From assembly GCA_034530615.2 (NCBI GenBank), contig JAVRCV020000008.1, positions 1 through 64,000 of the forward strand: a stretch of 64,000 bases of DNA, written 5' to 3'. How positions within the stretch are numbered: the stretch's first letter is position 1; each line of letters opens with the position of its first letter. The stretch is from Aulosira sp. ZfuVER01. Its GTDB lineage: Bacteria > Cyanobacteriota > Cyanobacteriia > Cyanobacteriales > Nostocaceae. Position numbers and translations under genes: made by a program. Shown piece after piece: positions 1-10,787 of this stretch. The notes beneath the pieces were generated by a model that did no database searches, was not told where the DNA came from, and worked only from the letters and a program-made list of their open reading frames with translations.

Positions 1-26
1 ACTCTGCAAGACTTAATTCCTGATTA

Positions 27-998
27 CTAGTTAAAAATCAGCGAACGCACAGATAAACCACTGGTATATTCTGGCTGTTCGACTCGATCCCATTGCCAAA
101 TATCACGAATAGTCTCAGCTAAGGAACGGAAACTTAATCCATCTGTTAGTGCTTTGGTGTTACTCAAACAAGGGAATGTATTCTGCATATCTGGCGGTAG
201 CCATAAGGGTAACTCTTGCCAATGAACAACGCCATGTGATTCTAAAATTTCGCCCGGAACCCATGTGAATGTGGCATTACTGTTAGTAACCTGCTGACAG
301 GTGGCTAAAAATTGGCCTAATTTGAGGGAGTAATCAGGCCCTACAGCGTTATACACTCCGCCTTTGTGAGTTGCTGCTAGTTGATAAATCCATTGGACTA
401 AATCTCGTGCATCAATGTATTGCACAGGTAACTCAGGACTTTCTGGAGCCAAAACCTCTCCACCTTCACTAATACGGCGTATCCAGTAGGTAAAGCGCCC
501 TGTATTGTCATAGGGGCCAACAATCAATCCAGGACGCACAATTAAACCTCGTTCGCCATAGACTTCACGCACTACGGACTCTGCCATAGCTTTTAGGGTG
601 CCATAGGCCTCTGGACTCATTTCCTGGGGAGGCTCTCGATTAATAGCGTAAAGCGGTAGCGTCTCATCACCATTGGCTTGAAATTCGGCATAGACGCTAA
701 TAGTAGAAATAAAAACGTAAGTATTTACTGAATCCTTTAATAGTTCTGCCGTATCCCGCACTAATTGAGGGAGGTTTAGGAAATAGCCAGCAGTATCGAT
801 CGCAATATCCCACTTTCTTCCCATCAAAGCAGAGAGATCGCGTTGAAGGCGATCGCCTACCAATTTTTCCATATGAGGATATAAGCTGCTATTGGTCTGT
901 CCACGATTAAACAGAGTTACCTGATAGCCCCGATCAAAAGCAATTTCCGCAAAATGCCGTCCAAGAAATTGAGTACCACCTAAAATTAATACTTTCAT
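27..998 (-). CDS. NAD-dependent epimerase/dehydratase (extended SDR, isoflavone-reductase-like)
   Basis: MKVLILGGTQFLG Rossmann start, YxxxK (YGTLK), RPGLIVGP; ATG at 998 chosen over the upstream non-ATG start. Confidence 0.85.
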   Translation of the reverse strand: MKVLILGGTQFLGRHFAEIAFDRGYQVTLFNRGQTNSSLYPHMEKLVGDRLQRDLSALMGRKWDIAIDTAGYFLNLPQLVRDTAELLKDSVNTYVFISTISVYAEFQANGDETLPLYAINREPPQEMSPEAYGTLKAMAESVVREVYGERGLIVRPGLIVGPYDNTGRFTYWIRRISEGGEVLAPESPELPVQYIDARDLVQWIYQLAATHKGGVYNAVGPDYSLKLGQFLATCQQVTNSNATFTWVPGEILESHGVVHWQELPLWLPPDMQNTFPCLSNTKALTDGLSFRSLAETIRDIWQWDRVEQPEYTSGLSVRSLIFN

Positions 999-1024
999 AA
1001 TCAAATTTTCTGAGTTTCACATCA

Positions 1025-1557
1025 TTATTTAGTCAGTTGATAATCTTCAAAAATCACTTCAAATCCATCTCCTTCTGGTGATGCGCACATGATGCCAACT
1101 TGAATGTCTTGTTCAAAAGGAAAATAAGTCATTCTAAATGGAATGTAGTGTGAATTTGCGTCTAAGTAAGCGATATGAATAGCCTCTTTACGGCGTTCAA
1201 CTCGTAACTGAAAAACATCAGAATTATTTGATAGGGGTGTGAATGACCAATCTGAATAGTTGTGAGTGACAACAGCGCTCAAATTTTGTACACCATCCAC
1301 ATACTCAATGCCAGTCTTGATCCAATGCTGCTCATCAGCACGAATCATAACTCCAGCCTGGTCGTATAAATCTTTGTACTTTCCGCGTATCTTGACTTCA
1401 ACTATAAAATCTGTGCTGACTCGGTCAAAGTAAAATGTCCGTTATCCCGAATAAAACCGTAGTGAGTAATACGCCAAAAGTCAGTTTTTGCTGCTGTATT
1501 CACAATGATTTGCTGATGAGAGTGCGCCCAGTTGGGAGGTTCATTAAGCCATTGCAT
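1025..1557 (-). pseudogene. DUF1349-family protein, split by a 1-nt frameshift
   Basis: ATG 1557 reads MQWLNEPP...TDFWRITHYGFIRDNGHF, then shifts frame at the A4 run 1432-1435; the other frame continues YFDRV...YKDLYDQAGVMIRADEQHWIKTGIEY. Confidence 0.8.
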
Positions 1558-1898
1558 AGGTTTTTCCAAATTATGAGGTTAATGTAGAATTTAGTATTTA
1601 CTTCGATATCTTTACAAGCAATGAGTTAGATTTTTGTTTCTGGGTAGAGAAGGCGATTTTGCACAATACTACCTATTATTTAAGAGTAAGGGAAACAGCT
1701 TTTATTTGAATTCACAGCATAGTTAATGGTTTTAGACTTGGGGCTGTTGAGTCTGAAGTGTTACTTGAGCGATCGCCTCATCAAACCTAATAAGACGGTA
1801 AAAATCTGACTTCCTCACAAGTTCCTCAACCTTTAGGTATATCTTCAAGATGGTGCCAGAACAATCAAGGCAGAGAAGCTGGCAAAGGTTGAACCAAA

Positions 1899-4800
1899 AT
1901 GACGAACAGAAGATTTGCAACCATCGATGGCAATGAAGCTGTAGCCCAAGTAGTCTATCGACTCAATGAAGTCATTGCTATTTATCCAATTACTCCTTCT
2001 TCGCCAATGGCTGAGTGGGCAGATACATGGTCTAGTGAAGGAAAACCTAATATTTGGGGGACTGTTCCCTCAGTTGTACAGATGCAGAGTGAAGGCGGTG
2101 TTGCTGGCGCTGTACATGGTGCTTTGCAAACAGGTTCGCTGACGACCACATTTACAGCATCTCAGGGATTATTGTTAATGATCCCGAATATGTACAAAAT
2201 TGCCGGAGAGTTAACACCAACAGTATTTCATATTGCCGCGCGATCGCTCGCTGCTCAAGCCCTCTCGATTTTTGGCGACCATAGCGATGTGATGTCAGCG
2301 CGGAGTACTGGTTTTGCGATGCTGTGTGCTGCATCAGTGCAAGAGAGCTACGATTTTGCTTTAATCTCCACACGGGCGACATTAGAATCACGAGTACCAT
2401 TCCTGCACTTTTTTGATGGTTTTCGGACTTCCCACGAAATTAACAAACTAGAACTGTTAACAGAGGATGACTTACGAAAATTCATTCCTGATGAATTAGT
2501 ACTGGCGCATCGTTCCCGCGCCCTGACTCCCGATAAACCCGTGTTACGCGGTACAGCGCAAAACCCTGATGTCTACTTCCAAGCCAGGGAAACTGTCAAT
2601 CCTTACTACCTAGCTTGTCCAGATATCACCCAAAAAGTGATGGACGAATTTGCGGCGATGACTGGGAGACAGTACCAACTATTTGAATATTACGGCGACC
2701 CAGCAGCAGAACGAATCATCGTACTCATGGGTTCTGGTTGTGAAGCTGTCCATGAAACCGTAGATTACTTAAATAGCCGTGGTGAAAAAGTCGGTGTTGT
2801 CAAAGTTAGATTGTATCGACCCTTTGATGTAGGGCGATTTGTAGCAGCTTTACCAGCAACTACCCGTAGCATCGCCGTCCTCGACCGCACCAAAGAACCA
2901 GGCGCATCCGGTGAACCTCTGTATTTAGATGTTGTCGCTGCAATTCACGAAGCATGGGCAGATGACACGGGGAAACAGGGACACGGGGACGCGGAGAAAT
3001 TAATCACCCCCTCTCCGCGTCTCCACCTCTCCGTGTCTTCTCTCCCCAAAATCATCGGTGGTCGTTACGGTTTATCTTCTAAAGAATTCACACCAGCAAT
3101 GATTAAAGCCGTCTTCGATAATTTGGCGGCGGCTGAACAAAAAAATCATTTCACGGTGGGAATCAACGATGATGTCACCCACACCAGCTTGAATTATGAC
3201 CCGGAATTTAATATTGAACCAGACAATATAGTTAGAGCCATTTTTTATGGTTTGGGTGCAGATGGTACAGTAGGTGCTAATAAAAACTCAATCAAAATTA
3301 TTGGGGAAGACACAAACAATTACGCCCAAGGTTATTTTGTCTACGACTCTAAAAAATCAGGTTCCGTTACAGTTTCCCATCTCCGCTTTGGCGACCAACC
3401 AATTCGCTCTACATATTTGATCGATAAAGCGAATTTTGTTGCTTGTCATCAATGGGATTTTATCGAAAAATTTCCAATTCTGAAAGACATTATTCCTGGC
3501 GGTATATTCTTAATTAATTCTCCTTACGATAATGAAGAAGTTTGGCAACATTTACCGCCATCAGTACAAGAGCAAATTATCCAAAAGCATCTGCAAGTTT
3601 ATGTAATTAACGCTTACAAAGTCGCCCGTGCCGCCGGGATGGCTGGACGCATCAACACGGTAATGCAAGTTTGTTTCTTTGCCTTATCAGGTGTATTGCC
3701 AAGAGAAGATGCGATCGCAGAAATTAAAAAGTCCATCCGCAAGACTTATGGTAAGAAAGGCGATGAAATTGTCCAGATGAATATCAAGGCTGTAGATACT
3801 ACCTTAGATAATTTGTATGCAGTAGAGATTGGAGAACTCAACCTCAGTCCAACAGCCGTCTTGGAAAGTTCTGATCGCCGGGAGCCGGCGCTCAGACTTT
3901 CCGCAAAATCCGAAAATCCCCAATCAATGGAAGCTGCACCCGCTTTTGTCCGCGATGTCCTGGGTAAAATGATTGCCCGTGCCGGGGATGAACTACCCGT
4001 GAGTGCTTTACCCTGTGACGGTACGTATCCTACTGGTACAGCGAAATGGGAAAAACGTAACATTGCCCAAGAAATACCAGTTTGGGACCCCGATGTCTGC
4101 GTACAGTGTGGTAAATGCGTGATGGTCTGTCCTCATAGCGTGATTCGTAGTAAAGTTTACGAACCGCAAGAGTTAGAAAACGCACCATCGGCTTTCAAGA
4201 GTACTAATGCGAAAGATCACGATTGGAAGGGTTTAAAATACACTATCCAAGTAGCAGCCGAAGATTGTACGGGTTGCGGTATTTGCGTCGATGTTTGCCC
4301 GGCGAAGGATAAAACAGAACTACGCCGCAAAGCTATCAACATGGCTCCACAATTGCCATTACGCGAACCAGAACGAAAAAATTGGGATTTCTTCTTAAAT
4401 ATCCCTAACCCAGATAGACGAGATTTGAAGCTAACTCATATTAACCAGCAGCAAATGCAAGAACCGTTATTTGAGTTTTCTGGAGCTTGTGCTGGCTGTG
4501 GTGAGACACCCTATATTAAGTTAGCCACACAGTTGTTTGGCGATCGCATGATTGTCGCCAACGCTACTGGTTGTTCTTCGATCTATGGCGGTAATTTACC
4601 TACTACTCCTTGGACGCAAAACGCTGAAGGACGCGGCCCTGCTTGGTCTAACTCGTTATTTGAAGATAACGCCGAATTTGGACTTGGTTTTCGCGTTTCT
4701 ATCGATAAACAGGCAGAATTTGCGGCTCAATTACTCCTACAACTCACACCAGAACTAGGCGAAGATTTAGTAAATAGTATTCTCAAGGCGGTACAAAAAG

Positions 4801-5597
4801 ACGAAGCTGATATTTGGGAACAACGCGAACGAGTAGAAATACTGAAACAAAGACTAGATGAAATCATCAATTCTTCCTCAGATTCCAATCTAAAATCCAA
4901 AATCCAAAATCTAAAATCGATTGCTGATTACCTCGTGAAGAAAAGCGTCTGGATTATCGGCGGTGATGGTTGGGGTTATGATATCGGCTTTGGGGGATTA
5001 GATCACGTCTTAGCTAGCGGACGCAACGTTAATGTTCTCATCCTCGATACGGAAGTTTACTCCAACACTGGCGGACAAAATTCTAAAGCCACTCCGAAAG
5101 CAGCGGTAGCTAAATTTGCCTCTGGAGGAAAAGCTGCTGGTAAAAAAGACCTAGGCTTAATGGCGATGACTTACGGCAATGTTTATGTCGCGAGTGTGGC
5201 GATGGGTGCAAGAGATGAACACTCTCTCAAAGCATTCCTCGAAGCCGAAGCTTATGAAGGGCCATCACTAATTATTGCCTATAGCCATTGCATCGCTCAC
5301 GGCATCAACATGAGTACAGCAATGCAAAATCAAAAAGCTGCTGTCGATTCCGGTCAATGGTTGTTATATCGGTTTAATCCAGAGCGAGTCAAGCAGGGAG
5401 AAAACCCACTACAGCTTGATTCCCGCTCGCCTAAATTACCAATAGAGCAATATATGTACTTGGAAAACCGCTTCAAGATGTTGACTAAGAGTAGTCCAGA
5501 AACAGCGAAGCAGCTACTTCAAGAAGCTCAAGAAGATGTAAATACTCGTTGGCAGATGTATCAGTATTTGGCTGCACGCCAACTACATAAAGGCTAG
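1899..5597 (+). CDS. nifJ: pyruvate:ferredoxin/flavodoxin oxidoreductase
   Basis: DGNEA, YPITPS, QSEGG, two CxxCxxCxxxCP clusters, GACAGCGE, GGDGW TPP motif; 1232 aa. Confidence 0.97.
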   Translation: MTNRRFATIDGNEAVAQVVYRLNEVIAIYPITPSSPMAEWADTWSSEGKPNIWGTVPSVVQMQSEGGVAGAVHGALQTGSLTTTFTASQGLLLMIPNMYKIAGELTPTVFHIAARSLAAQALSIFGDHSDVMSARSTGFAMLCAASVQESYDFALISTRATLESRVPFLHFFDGFRTSHEINKLELLTEDDLRKFIPDELVLAHRSRALTPDKPVLRGTAQNPDVYFQARETVNPYYLACPDITQKVMDEFAAMTGRQYQLFEYYGDPAAERIIVLMGSGCEAVHETVDYLNSRGEKVGVVKVRLYRPFDVGRFVAALPATTRSIAVLDRTKEPGASGEPLYLDVVAAIHEAWADDTGKQGHGDAEKLITPSPRLHLSVSSLPKIIGGRYGLSSKEFTPAMIKAVFDNLAAAEQKNHFTVGINDDVTHTSLNYDPEFNIEPDNIVRAIFYGLGADGTVGANKNSIKIIGEDTNNYAQGYFVYDSKKSGSVTVSHLRFGDQPIRSTYLIDKANFVACHQWDFIEKFPILKDIIPGGIFLINSPYDNEEVWQHLPPSVQEQIIQKHLQVYVINAYKVARAAGMAGRINTVMQVCFFALSGVLPREDAIAEIKKSIRKTYGKKGDEIVQMNIKAVDTTLDNLYAVEIGELNLSPTAVLESSDRREPALRLSAKSENPQSMEAAPAFVRDVLGKMIARAGDELPVSALPCDGTYPTGTAKWEKRNIAQEIPVWDPDVCVQCGKCVMVCPHSVIRSKVYEPQELENAPSAFKSTNAKDHDWKGLKYTIQVAAEDCTGCGICVDVCPAKDKTELRRKAINMAPQLPLREPERKNWDFFLNIPNPDRRDLKLTHINQQQMQEPLFEFSGACAGCGETPYIKLATQLFGDRMIVANATGCSSIYGGNLPTTPWTQNAEGRGPAWSNSLFEDNAEFGLGFRVSIDKQAEFAAQLLLQLTPELGEDLVNSILKAVQKDEADIWEQRERVEILKQRLDEIINSSSDSNLKSKIQNLKSIADYLVKKSVWIIGGDGWGYDIGFGGLDHVLASGRNVNVLILDTEVYSNTGGQNSKATPKAAVAKFASGGKAAGKKDLGLMAMTYGNVYVASVAMGARDEHSLKAFLEAEAYEGPSLIIAYSHCIAHGINMSTAMQNQKAAVDSGQWLLYRFNPERVKQGENPLQLDSRSPKLPIEQYMYLENRFKMLTKSSPETAKQLLQEAQEDVNTRWQMYQYLAARQLHKG
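2964..3037. repeat. in-frame inverted repeat (GACACGGG/GACGCGGA units) inside nifJ
   Basis: gacacgggg...gacgcggaga pairs with tctccgcgtc...ccgtgtc; encodes an apparent extra loop, DTGKQGHGDAEKLITPSPRLHLSVS. Confidence 0.75.
3859..3925. repeat. in-frame small dispersed repeat inside nifJ
   Basis: hairpin ggaaagttctga...tcagactttcc; 3890-3910 is the exact reverse complement of intergenic 13083-13103. Confidence 0.75.
4885..4918. repeat. in-frame heptamer STRR (AAAATCY) inside nifJ
   Basis: ccaatctaaaatccaaaatccaaaatctaaaatc. Confidence 0.8.
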
Positions 5598-5611
5598 TGC
5601 AGGAGGTTGTT

Positions 5612-6643
5612 ATGGATTTAACTACATCTTATCTGGGAATGATATTGCGATCGCCTTTGGTTGTCTCTGCATCTCCCCTATCTGAGGATATTGAAAACTT
5701 TCGGCGCATGGAAGACGCAGGTGCAGCTGCGGTGGTGATGCATTCGCTATTTGAAGAACAGTTGCGCTTAGAACGCTACGAACTTCACCATCACCTTACC
5801 CACGGCACTGAAAGCTTTTCTGAGGCTCTGACTTACTTCCCTGAGCCAATGAGCTTTCGGGTGGGACCAGAAACGTATCTGGAGCATATCTACAAAGCCA
5901 AACAGAAGGTAAGCATTCCAATTATTGCTAGTCTCAACGGTTCATCAGTTGGTGGCTGGACGAACTATGCTAAACAGATTCAGGAAGCAGGCGCAGATGC
6001 ACTGGAACTGAATATTTACTACGTCCCTACCGACATGGAACTGACTAGTGGAGAGATTGAGCAGACTTATTTTGATATCCTGTGTTCAGTCAAAGCAGCA
6101 GTAACTATTCCTGTAGCAGTCAAACTCAGCCCCTACTTTACTAACATGGCCAATATGGCAAAACGTTTAGATGAAGCGGGTGCGAATGCGTTAGTACTGT
6201 TTAACCGCTTTTACCAGCCGGATATTAATCTCAATCACTTGGAGGTTGAACCCAACGTACTTTTAAGTACGCCGCAGTCAATGCGATTACCTTTGCGCTG
6301 GATTGCAATCCTTTATGATCGCATTCATGCCGATTTAGCTGCAACTAGTGGCATTCATAAAGGCGAAGATGTGTTAAAGATGATCATGGCTGGTGCGAAT
6401 ATCACAATGTTTGCCAGTGTACTGCTACGACATGGTATCCATTACATTCAAGTCATCGAGCAGGAAATATGCCAATGGATGGAAAAACACGAGTATGAAT
6501 CAATCAAACAAATGCAAGGGAGTATGAGTCAGAAGCATTGTCCAGATCCCAGTGCTTTTGAACGCGCCCAATATATGCGATCGCTCTCCACCTACAAATC
6601 GGAATGGAAAGCTGCTCACGATACATCCTACTACTTTGGGTAA
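5612..6643 (+). CDS. dihydroorotate dehydrogenase-like flavoprotein (nifJ partner)
   Basis: AGGAGG RBS at 5601; MDLTTSYLG...LRSPLVVSASP, ALELNIY, AVKLSPYF, LFNRFYQPD; 14 nt after the nifJ stop. Confidence 0.88.
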   Translation: MDLTTSYLGMILRSPLVVSASPLSEDIENFRRMEDAGAAAVVMHSLFEEQLRLERYELHHHLTHGTESFSEALTYFPEPMSFRVGPETYLEHIYKAKQKVSIPIIASLNGSSVGGWTNYAKQIQEAGADALELNIYYVPTDMELTSGEIEQTYFDILCSVKAAVTIPVAVKLSPYFTNMANMAKRLDEAGANALVLFNRFYQPDINLNHLEVEPNVLLSTPQSMRLPLRWIAILYDRIHADLAATSGIHKGEDVLKMIMAGANITMFASVLLRHGIHYIQVIEQEICQWMEKHEYESIKQMQGSMSQKHCPDPSAFERAQYMRSLSTYKSEWKAAHDTSYYFG

Positions 6644-6664
6644 ACAAGCTCGTAATCTAGATAG

Positions 6665-6750
6665 CACGGTGAGTCCAGCATTGCGGGAGGGTTTCTACAG
6701 GCACTTGCCACCCTTTGGGCGTTTACAAGTCTGGGAACCCTTCCAGCAAT
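6665..6750. repeat. small dispersed GC-rich repeat (SDR-like)
   Basis: gtgagtccagcattgcgggagggtttc...gggaacccttcc; GC-rich hairpin in an AT-rich spacer, resembles elements at 13150-13411 and 37890. Confidence 0.5.
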
Positions 6751-6986
6751 TTTCCTGCTTACCTCAAAAGATAAATTTTTTTATCTGAACTGTATGCCTT
6801 CTCACTCTGCTACATACACCTCGAGTTTTATCTCCTTTCTTCCAGAAGCTCGTCGCTTAATTGATTAATAGGTTACAATATATAATCCTTAAGAAAGATT
6901 GACTTCTGAATTTATTTAAATATTTATATTGCATCTTCTAAAAAAACGTTATAAATTATTAAGTTATAGGGGAATAAATTTATTTT

Positions 6987-7000
6987 GTAGTCTCAAATAC
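6987..7000 (+). promoter_or_regulatory. possible NtcA box (GTA-N8-TAC)
   Basis: GTAgtctcaaaTAC about 400 nt upstream of invB; no clean -10 box at the canonical spacing. Confidence 0.3.
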
Positions 7001-7400
7001 TAGTCCTGCTTAATACAGATACTGTAACTAGTTAAATTTTAAGGAAACGTTAAACAGTGCTAGCAATATATTTTTAGTTGGGAAAGCAAACATTCCATAT
7101 ATGAAAGTGGATTGGTAATCAATCTAAAAATATATTTTGCATAGGTGCTTTAAAAGTAATATTATTGCTTAAGGTGAAAAAATAAATCTTTTTATTCACC
7201 AAAACGAGCGTTGCTTAAAAGCAAACTAACTGTCAATTAAGCTGCAAAAAATGGCAGTTATAGACATTTTTTTAGACTTCATTATTTATTCCCAAATTCT
7301 ATTTGCTATTCAAAAAATCATCTTTGTTATGATCGTAATAGCAGCATAAATCAAAACGCATCTACCACACATTTACAATCCTCATGGAGTTATTCTGGCG

Positions 7401-8849
7401 ATGCAGATAAACGAATTGGTAATAGCTGAAAATATAGAAGAAGAAGCCTGGCAAGCACTAGAAAAGTCGATTCTCTATTATCAAGGTCGTCCTGTTGGGA
7501 CTTTAGCCGCATACGATCCGTCTGTAGAGGCGCTGAATTATGACCAATGCTTTATTCGAGATTTTGTTTCGTCGGCGCTAATTTTTTTGCTCAAAGGTAA
7601 AACAGAAATAGTCCGCAATTTTCTCGAAGAAACCTTAAATTTACAGCCTAAAGAAAGGGCATTAGATGCATATAAACCGGGAAGAGGTTTAATTCCAGCT
7701 AGCTTCAAAGTTGTATCTCTCAATGGCGAGGAATATTTAGAAGCCGATTTTGGCGAACACGCGATCGCGCGAGTCACACCTGTGGATTCTTGTCTGTGGT
7801 GGATTATTTTGTTGCGTGCTTATGTAGTCGCTACTAAAGATTATTCCCTCGCCTATCAACCTGAATTTCAAAACGGTATCAGGTTGATTATGGAAATCTG
7901 CTTGGCTAATCGTTTTGATATGTACCCAACGCTGTTGGTTCCAGATGGCGCTTGTATGATTGACCGACGTTTGGGTATATACGGTCATCCTCTAGAAATT
8001 CAAGTTTTATTCTATACGGCTCTGCGTGCTGCTCGTGAGTTGCTAATTTGTCAAGGTAATTCAGATATTGTGGCAGCAATTGATAATCGCTTACCTCTTT
8101 TATGCGCTCATATTCGTCAACATTATTGGATAGATATTAATCGCCTAAATGCGATTTACCGCTTTAAGAGTGAAGAGTATGGCAAAGGAGCAGTTAATTT
8201 ATTCAATATATATGTAGATTCTCTTCCCTATTACGAATTAGACAAATGGTTGCCGACAAAAGGTGGTTATTTAGCTGGTAATGTTGGCCCTTCGCAACTA
8301 GATACACGCTTCTTTTCCCTTGGGAATTTAATGGCGATCATTTCCGATCTTGCAACTGAAGAACAGTCGCAAGCAATTATGACTCTGATTGAGGAACGCT
8401 GGGAAGATTTGGTGGGAGATATGCCAATGAAAATTTGTTTCCCAGCTTTAGAACACGAAGAGTATAGAATTGTCACCGGATGCGATCCGAAAAATATTCC
8501 CTGGTCTTATCATAATGCTGGCAGTTGGCCAGTTTTGATGTGGATGATGGCAGCGGCTGCTGTGAAAACGAAAAAAACAGGTTTAGTGAAAAAGGCGATT
8601 GAACTTGCCCAAACACGTTTGAGTGAAGATGAATGGCCAGAATATTACGATGGCAAAAAAGGACGATTAATTGGTAAGCAAGCTAGGAAATATCAAACTT
8701 GGTCAATTGCTGGGTTCTTATTAGCAAAAGAACTGATAGCTAACCCCAGTTATTTACGAATGGTCAGTTTTGATGAATTATCCCCAGAAGCAGTTTCTAG
8801 AGCCTGTGAGTTTGAAATTGGCAGTATAGATCCCTACACATCTAGATAG
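7401..8849 (+). CDS. invB: alkaline/neutral invertase (GH100)
   Basis: [32 protein letters not shown] (D188), [14 protein letters not shown] (E414); GGAG RBS. Confidence 0.92.
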   Translation: MQINELVIAENIEEEAWQALEKSILYYQGRPVGTLAAYDPSVEALNYDQCFIRDFVSSALIFLLKGKTEIVRNFLEETLNLQPKERALDAYKPGRGLIPASFKVVSLNGEEYLEADFGEHAIARVTPVDSCLWWIILLRAYVVATKDYSLAYQPEFQNGIRLIMEICLANRFDMYPTLLVPDGACMIDRRLGIYGHPLEIQVLFYTALRAARELLICQGNSDIVAAIDNRLPLLCAHIRQHYWIDINRLNAIYRFKSEEYGKGAVNLFNIYVDSLPYYELDKWLPTKGGYLAGNVGPSQLDTRFFSLGNLMAIISDLATEEQSQAIMTLIEERWEDLVGDMPMKICFPALEHEEYRIVTGCDPKNIPWSYHNAGSWPVLMWMMAAAAVKTKKTGLVKKAIELAQTRLSEDEWPEYYDGKKGRLIGKQARKYQTWSIAGFLLAKELIANPSYLRMVSFDELSPEAVSRACEFEIGSIDPYTSR

Positions 8850-8907
8850 TAGTAATGAATTTATTGCTACTAAAATAGTCTGATTGTTCGGGATAAACAA
8901 TATTCTC

Positions 8908-8943
8908 AAAGCTCCTTTGTATCTAAAGGGGCTTTTATTTTTT
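8908..8943 (+). terminator. rho-independent terminator after invB
   Basis: aaagctccttt-gtatct-aaaggggcttt stem followed by a T-run. Confidence 0.6.
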
Positions 8944-9182
8944 CTGAATTGCTCTCTACGATCAGTTGAAGTATATCTCATCAAAGAAGCGAACTAATTT
9001 AAAAAATTAGGCTATCCTGAAAGAATAGACAATGAAATATAGTGCTGGAGAGAGTGATAATAAAGCTCAGTAACTATATATCTTGGTCTCGATAACTCAA
9101 CAAAAAAAAGTATTACAGCAATTAAGAAAAATAACCGTATCATTTACTGCCGAAATCCAAGAAATATGGAGTATTTCTCGCA

Positions 9183-10598
9183 ATGGCAAGAGAGGAATTA
9201 GTATTATTTGATGAGATAGAGAAACAGGCATGGGAACTACTAGAAAAGTCTATTATTTACTATCAAAGTCGCCCTATAGGTACAATCGCTGCTGGCGAGA
9301 CATCACAAATAGCATTGAATTACGACCATTGCTTTGTCAGAGATTTCGTACCCTCAGCCTTACTTTTTTTAATTAAAGGTAGATATGATATCGTCCGTAA
9401 TTTTCTGGAAGAAACTTTAAAATTACAGCCAACTGAAAATCTCTTGAATGCTTATACGCCTAATCGAGGATTGATACCAGCAAGTTTCAAAGTTGTATCA
9501 ACAAATGGGCAAGAAACTTTAGAAGCAGATTTTGGTGAACATGCGATCGCGAGAGTTACACCAGTTGATTCTTGTTTATGGTGGATTATTATTTTATATT
9601 CCTATGTCAAAGCCACCAAAGATATAAATTTCGCCTTGCAACCTGAGTTTCAGCAGGGAATAATGTTAATAATGGAACTTTGCTTGGCGACTCGATTTGA
9701 TATGTACCCAACGCTATTGGTTCCAGATGGTGCTTGTATGATTCAACGGCGTTTGGGTATTTATGGGTATCCTTTAGAAATTCAAGCCCTATTCTATGGA
9801 GCATTGCGTGCTGCTCGCAAGTTACTAATTTGTGCAGGCGATGAAGAGATTGTTATAGGTATTGATAATCGCTTACCTCTATTACGAGATCATATTCGGA
9901 ATCATTATTGGATAGATATGAATCGCCTGAATGCAATTTATCGCTTTAAGGGTGAAGAATATGGCCATACAGCCGTCAATCAGTTCAATATATATGCAGA
10001 TTCGATTGCTTATGCTAAGTTGGCTCTTTGGTTACCAAAACTTGGTGGTTATTTAGCTGGTAATGTTGGTCCGTCGCAGCTAGATACTCGCTTCTTTTCT
10101 CTAGGAAATCTGATGGCGATTCTTACTTCTTTAGCTAGCGATCGCCAATCACAAGCAATTATGAATTTGATTGAAGAACAGTGGGAAGACTTAGTAGCAG
10201 AAATGCCAATGAAAATCTGTTTCCCTGCTATAGAAAAAGAAGAGTACAGAATTTTTACAGGATGCGATCCCAAAAATCTACCTTGGTCTTACCATAATGC
10301 TGGCAGTTGGCCTGTCTTATTGTGGTTGCTAAGTGCTGCTGCTCAAAAAACAGGTAGAACAAGTATTGCTCAACGCGCTATTGAAATTGCCCAAACCCGC
10401 CTTAGTGAAGATGAATGGCCGCAATATTACGATGGGACGAGGGGATTGTTAATTGGGAAAGAAGCTAGAAGATATCAAACTTGGACAATTACCGGATTTT
10501 TGTTGGCAAAAGAATTGATGTGTAACCCCGATCATTTAGAATTAATTAGTTTTGCAGAATTTGATTTAAATAATGCTTCTCAAGTTTGTGACTTGTAA
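9183..10598 (+). CDS. GH100 invertase paralog with both catalytic acids replaced by Gln (putative pseudoenzyme)
   Basis: colinear with invB, but MIQRR (Q188) and WPQYYD (Q414); intact ORF with GGAG RBS. Confidence 0.9.
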   Translation: MAREELVLFDEIEKQAWELLEKSIIYYQSRPIGTIAAGETSQIALNYDHCFVRDFVPSALLFLIKGRYDIVRNFLEETLKLQPTENLLNAYTPNRGLIPASFKVVSTNGQETLEADFGEHAIARVTPVDSCLWWIIILYSYVKATKDINFALQPEFQQGIMLIMELCLATRFDMYPTLLVPDGACMIQRRLGIYGYPLEIQALFYGALRAARKLLICAGDEEIVIGIDNRLPLLRDHIRNHYWIDMNRLNAIYRFKGEEYGHTAVNQFNIYADSIAYAKLALWLPKLGGYLAGNVGPSQLDTRFFSLGNLMAILTSLASDRQSQAIMNLIEEQWEDLVAEMPMKICFPAIEKEEYRIFTGCDPKNLPWSYHNAGSWPVLLWLLSAAAQKTGRTSIAQRAIEIAQTRLSEDEWPQYYDGTRGLLIGKEARRYQTWTITGFLLAKELMCNPDHLELISFAEFDLNNASQVCDL

Positions 10599-10787
10599 CT
10601 CTAATCTACTCCTAACTTATCCATACAAGCTAATAATTTGCTTCATCACGTGCATAACATTGTTTTAACCATAATTTATTTAAAACTAATCTCTTAGTTT
10701 AGTTATACAGATGATTGACTATTAAATTTAGTATAATTTCGATTCCCTAATCAGAGAAAATTAAAATCCAACAGTTTAAATATTTCC

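Noticed and set aside
1..60. Possibly altered C-terminus of the epimerase
   Set aside because: At the window edge and cannot be judged without homolog alignment
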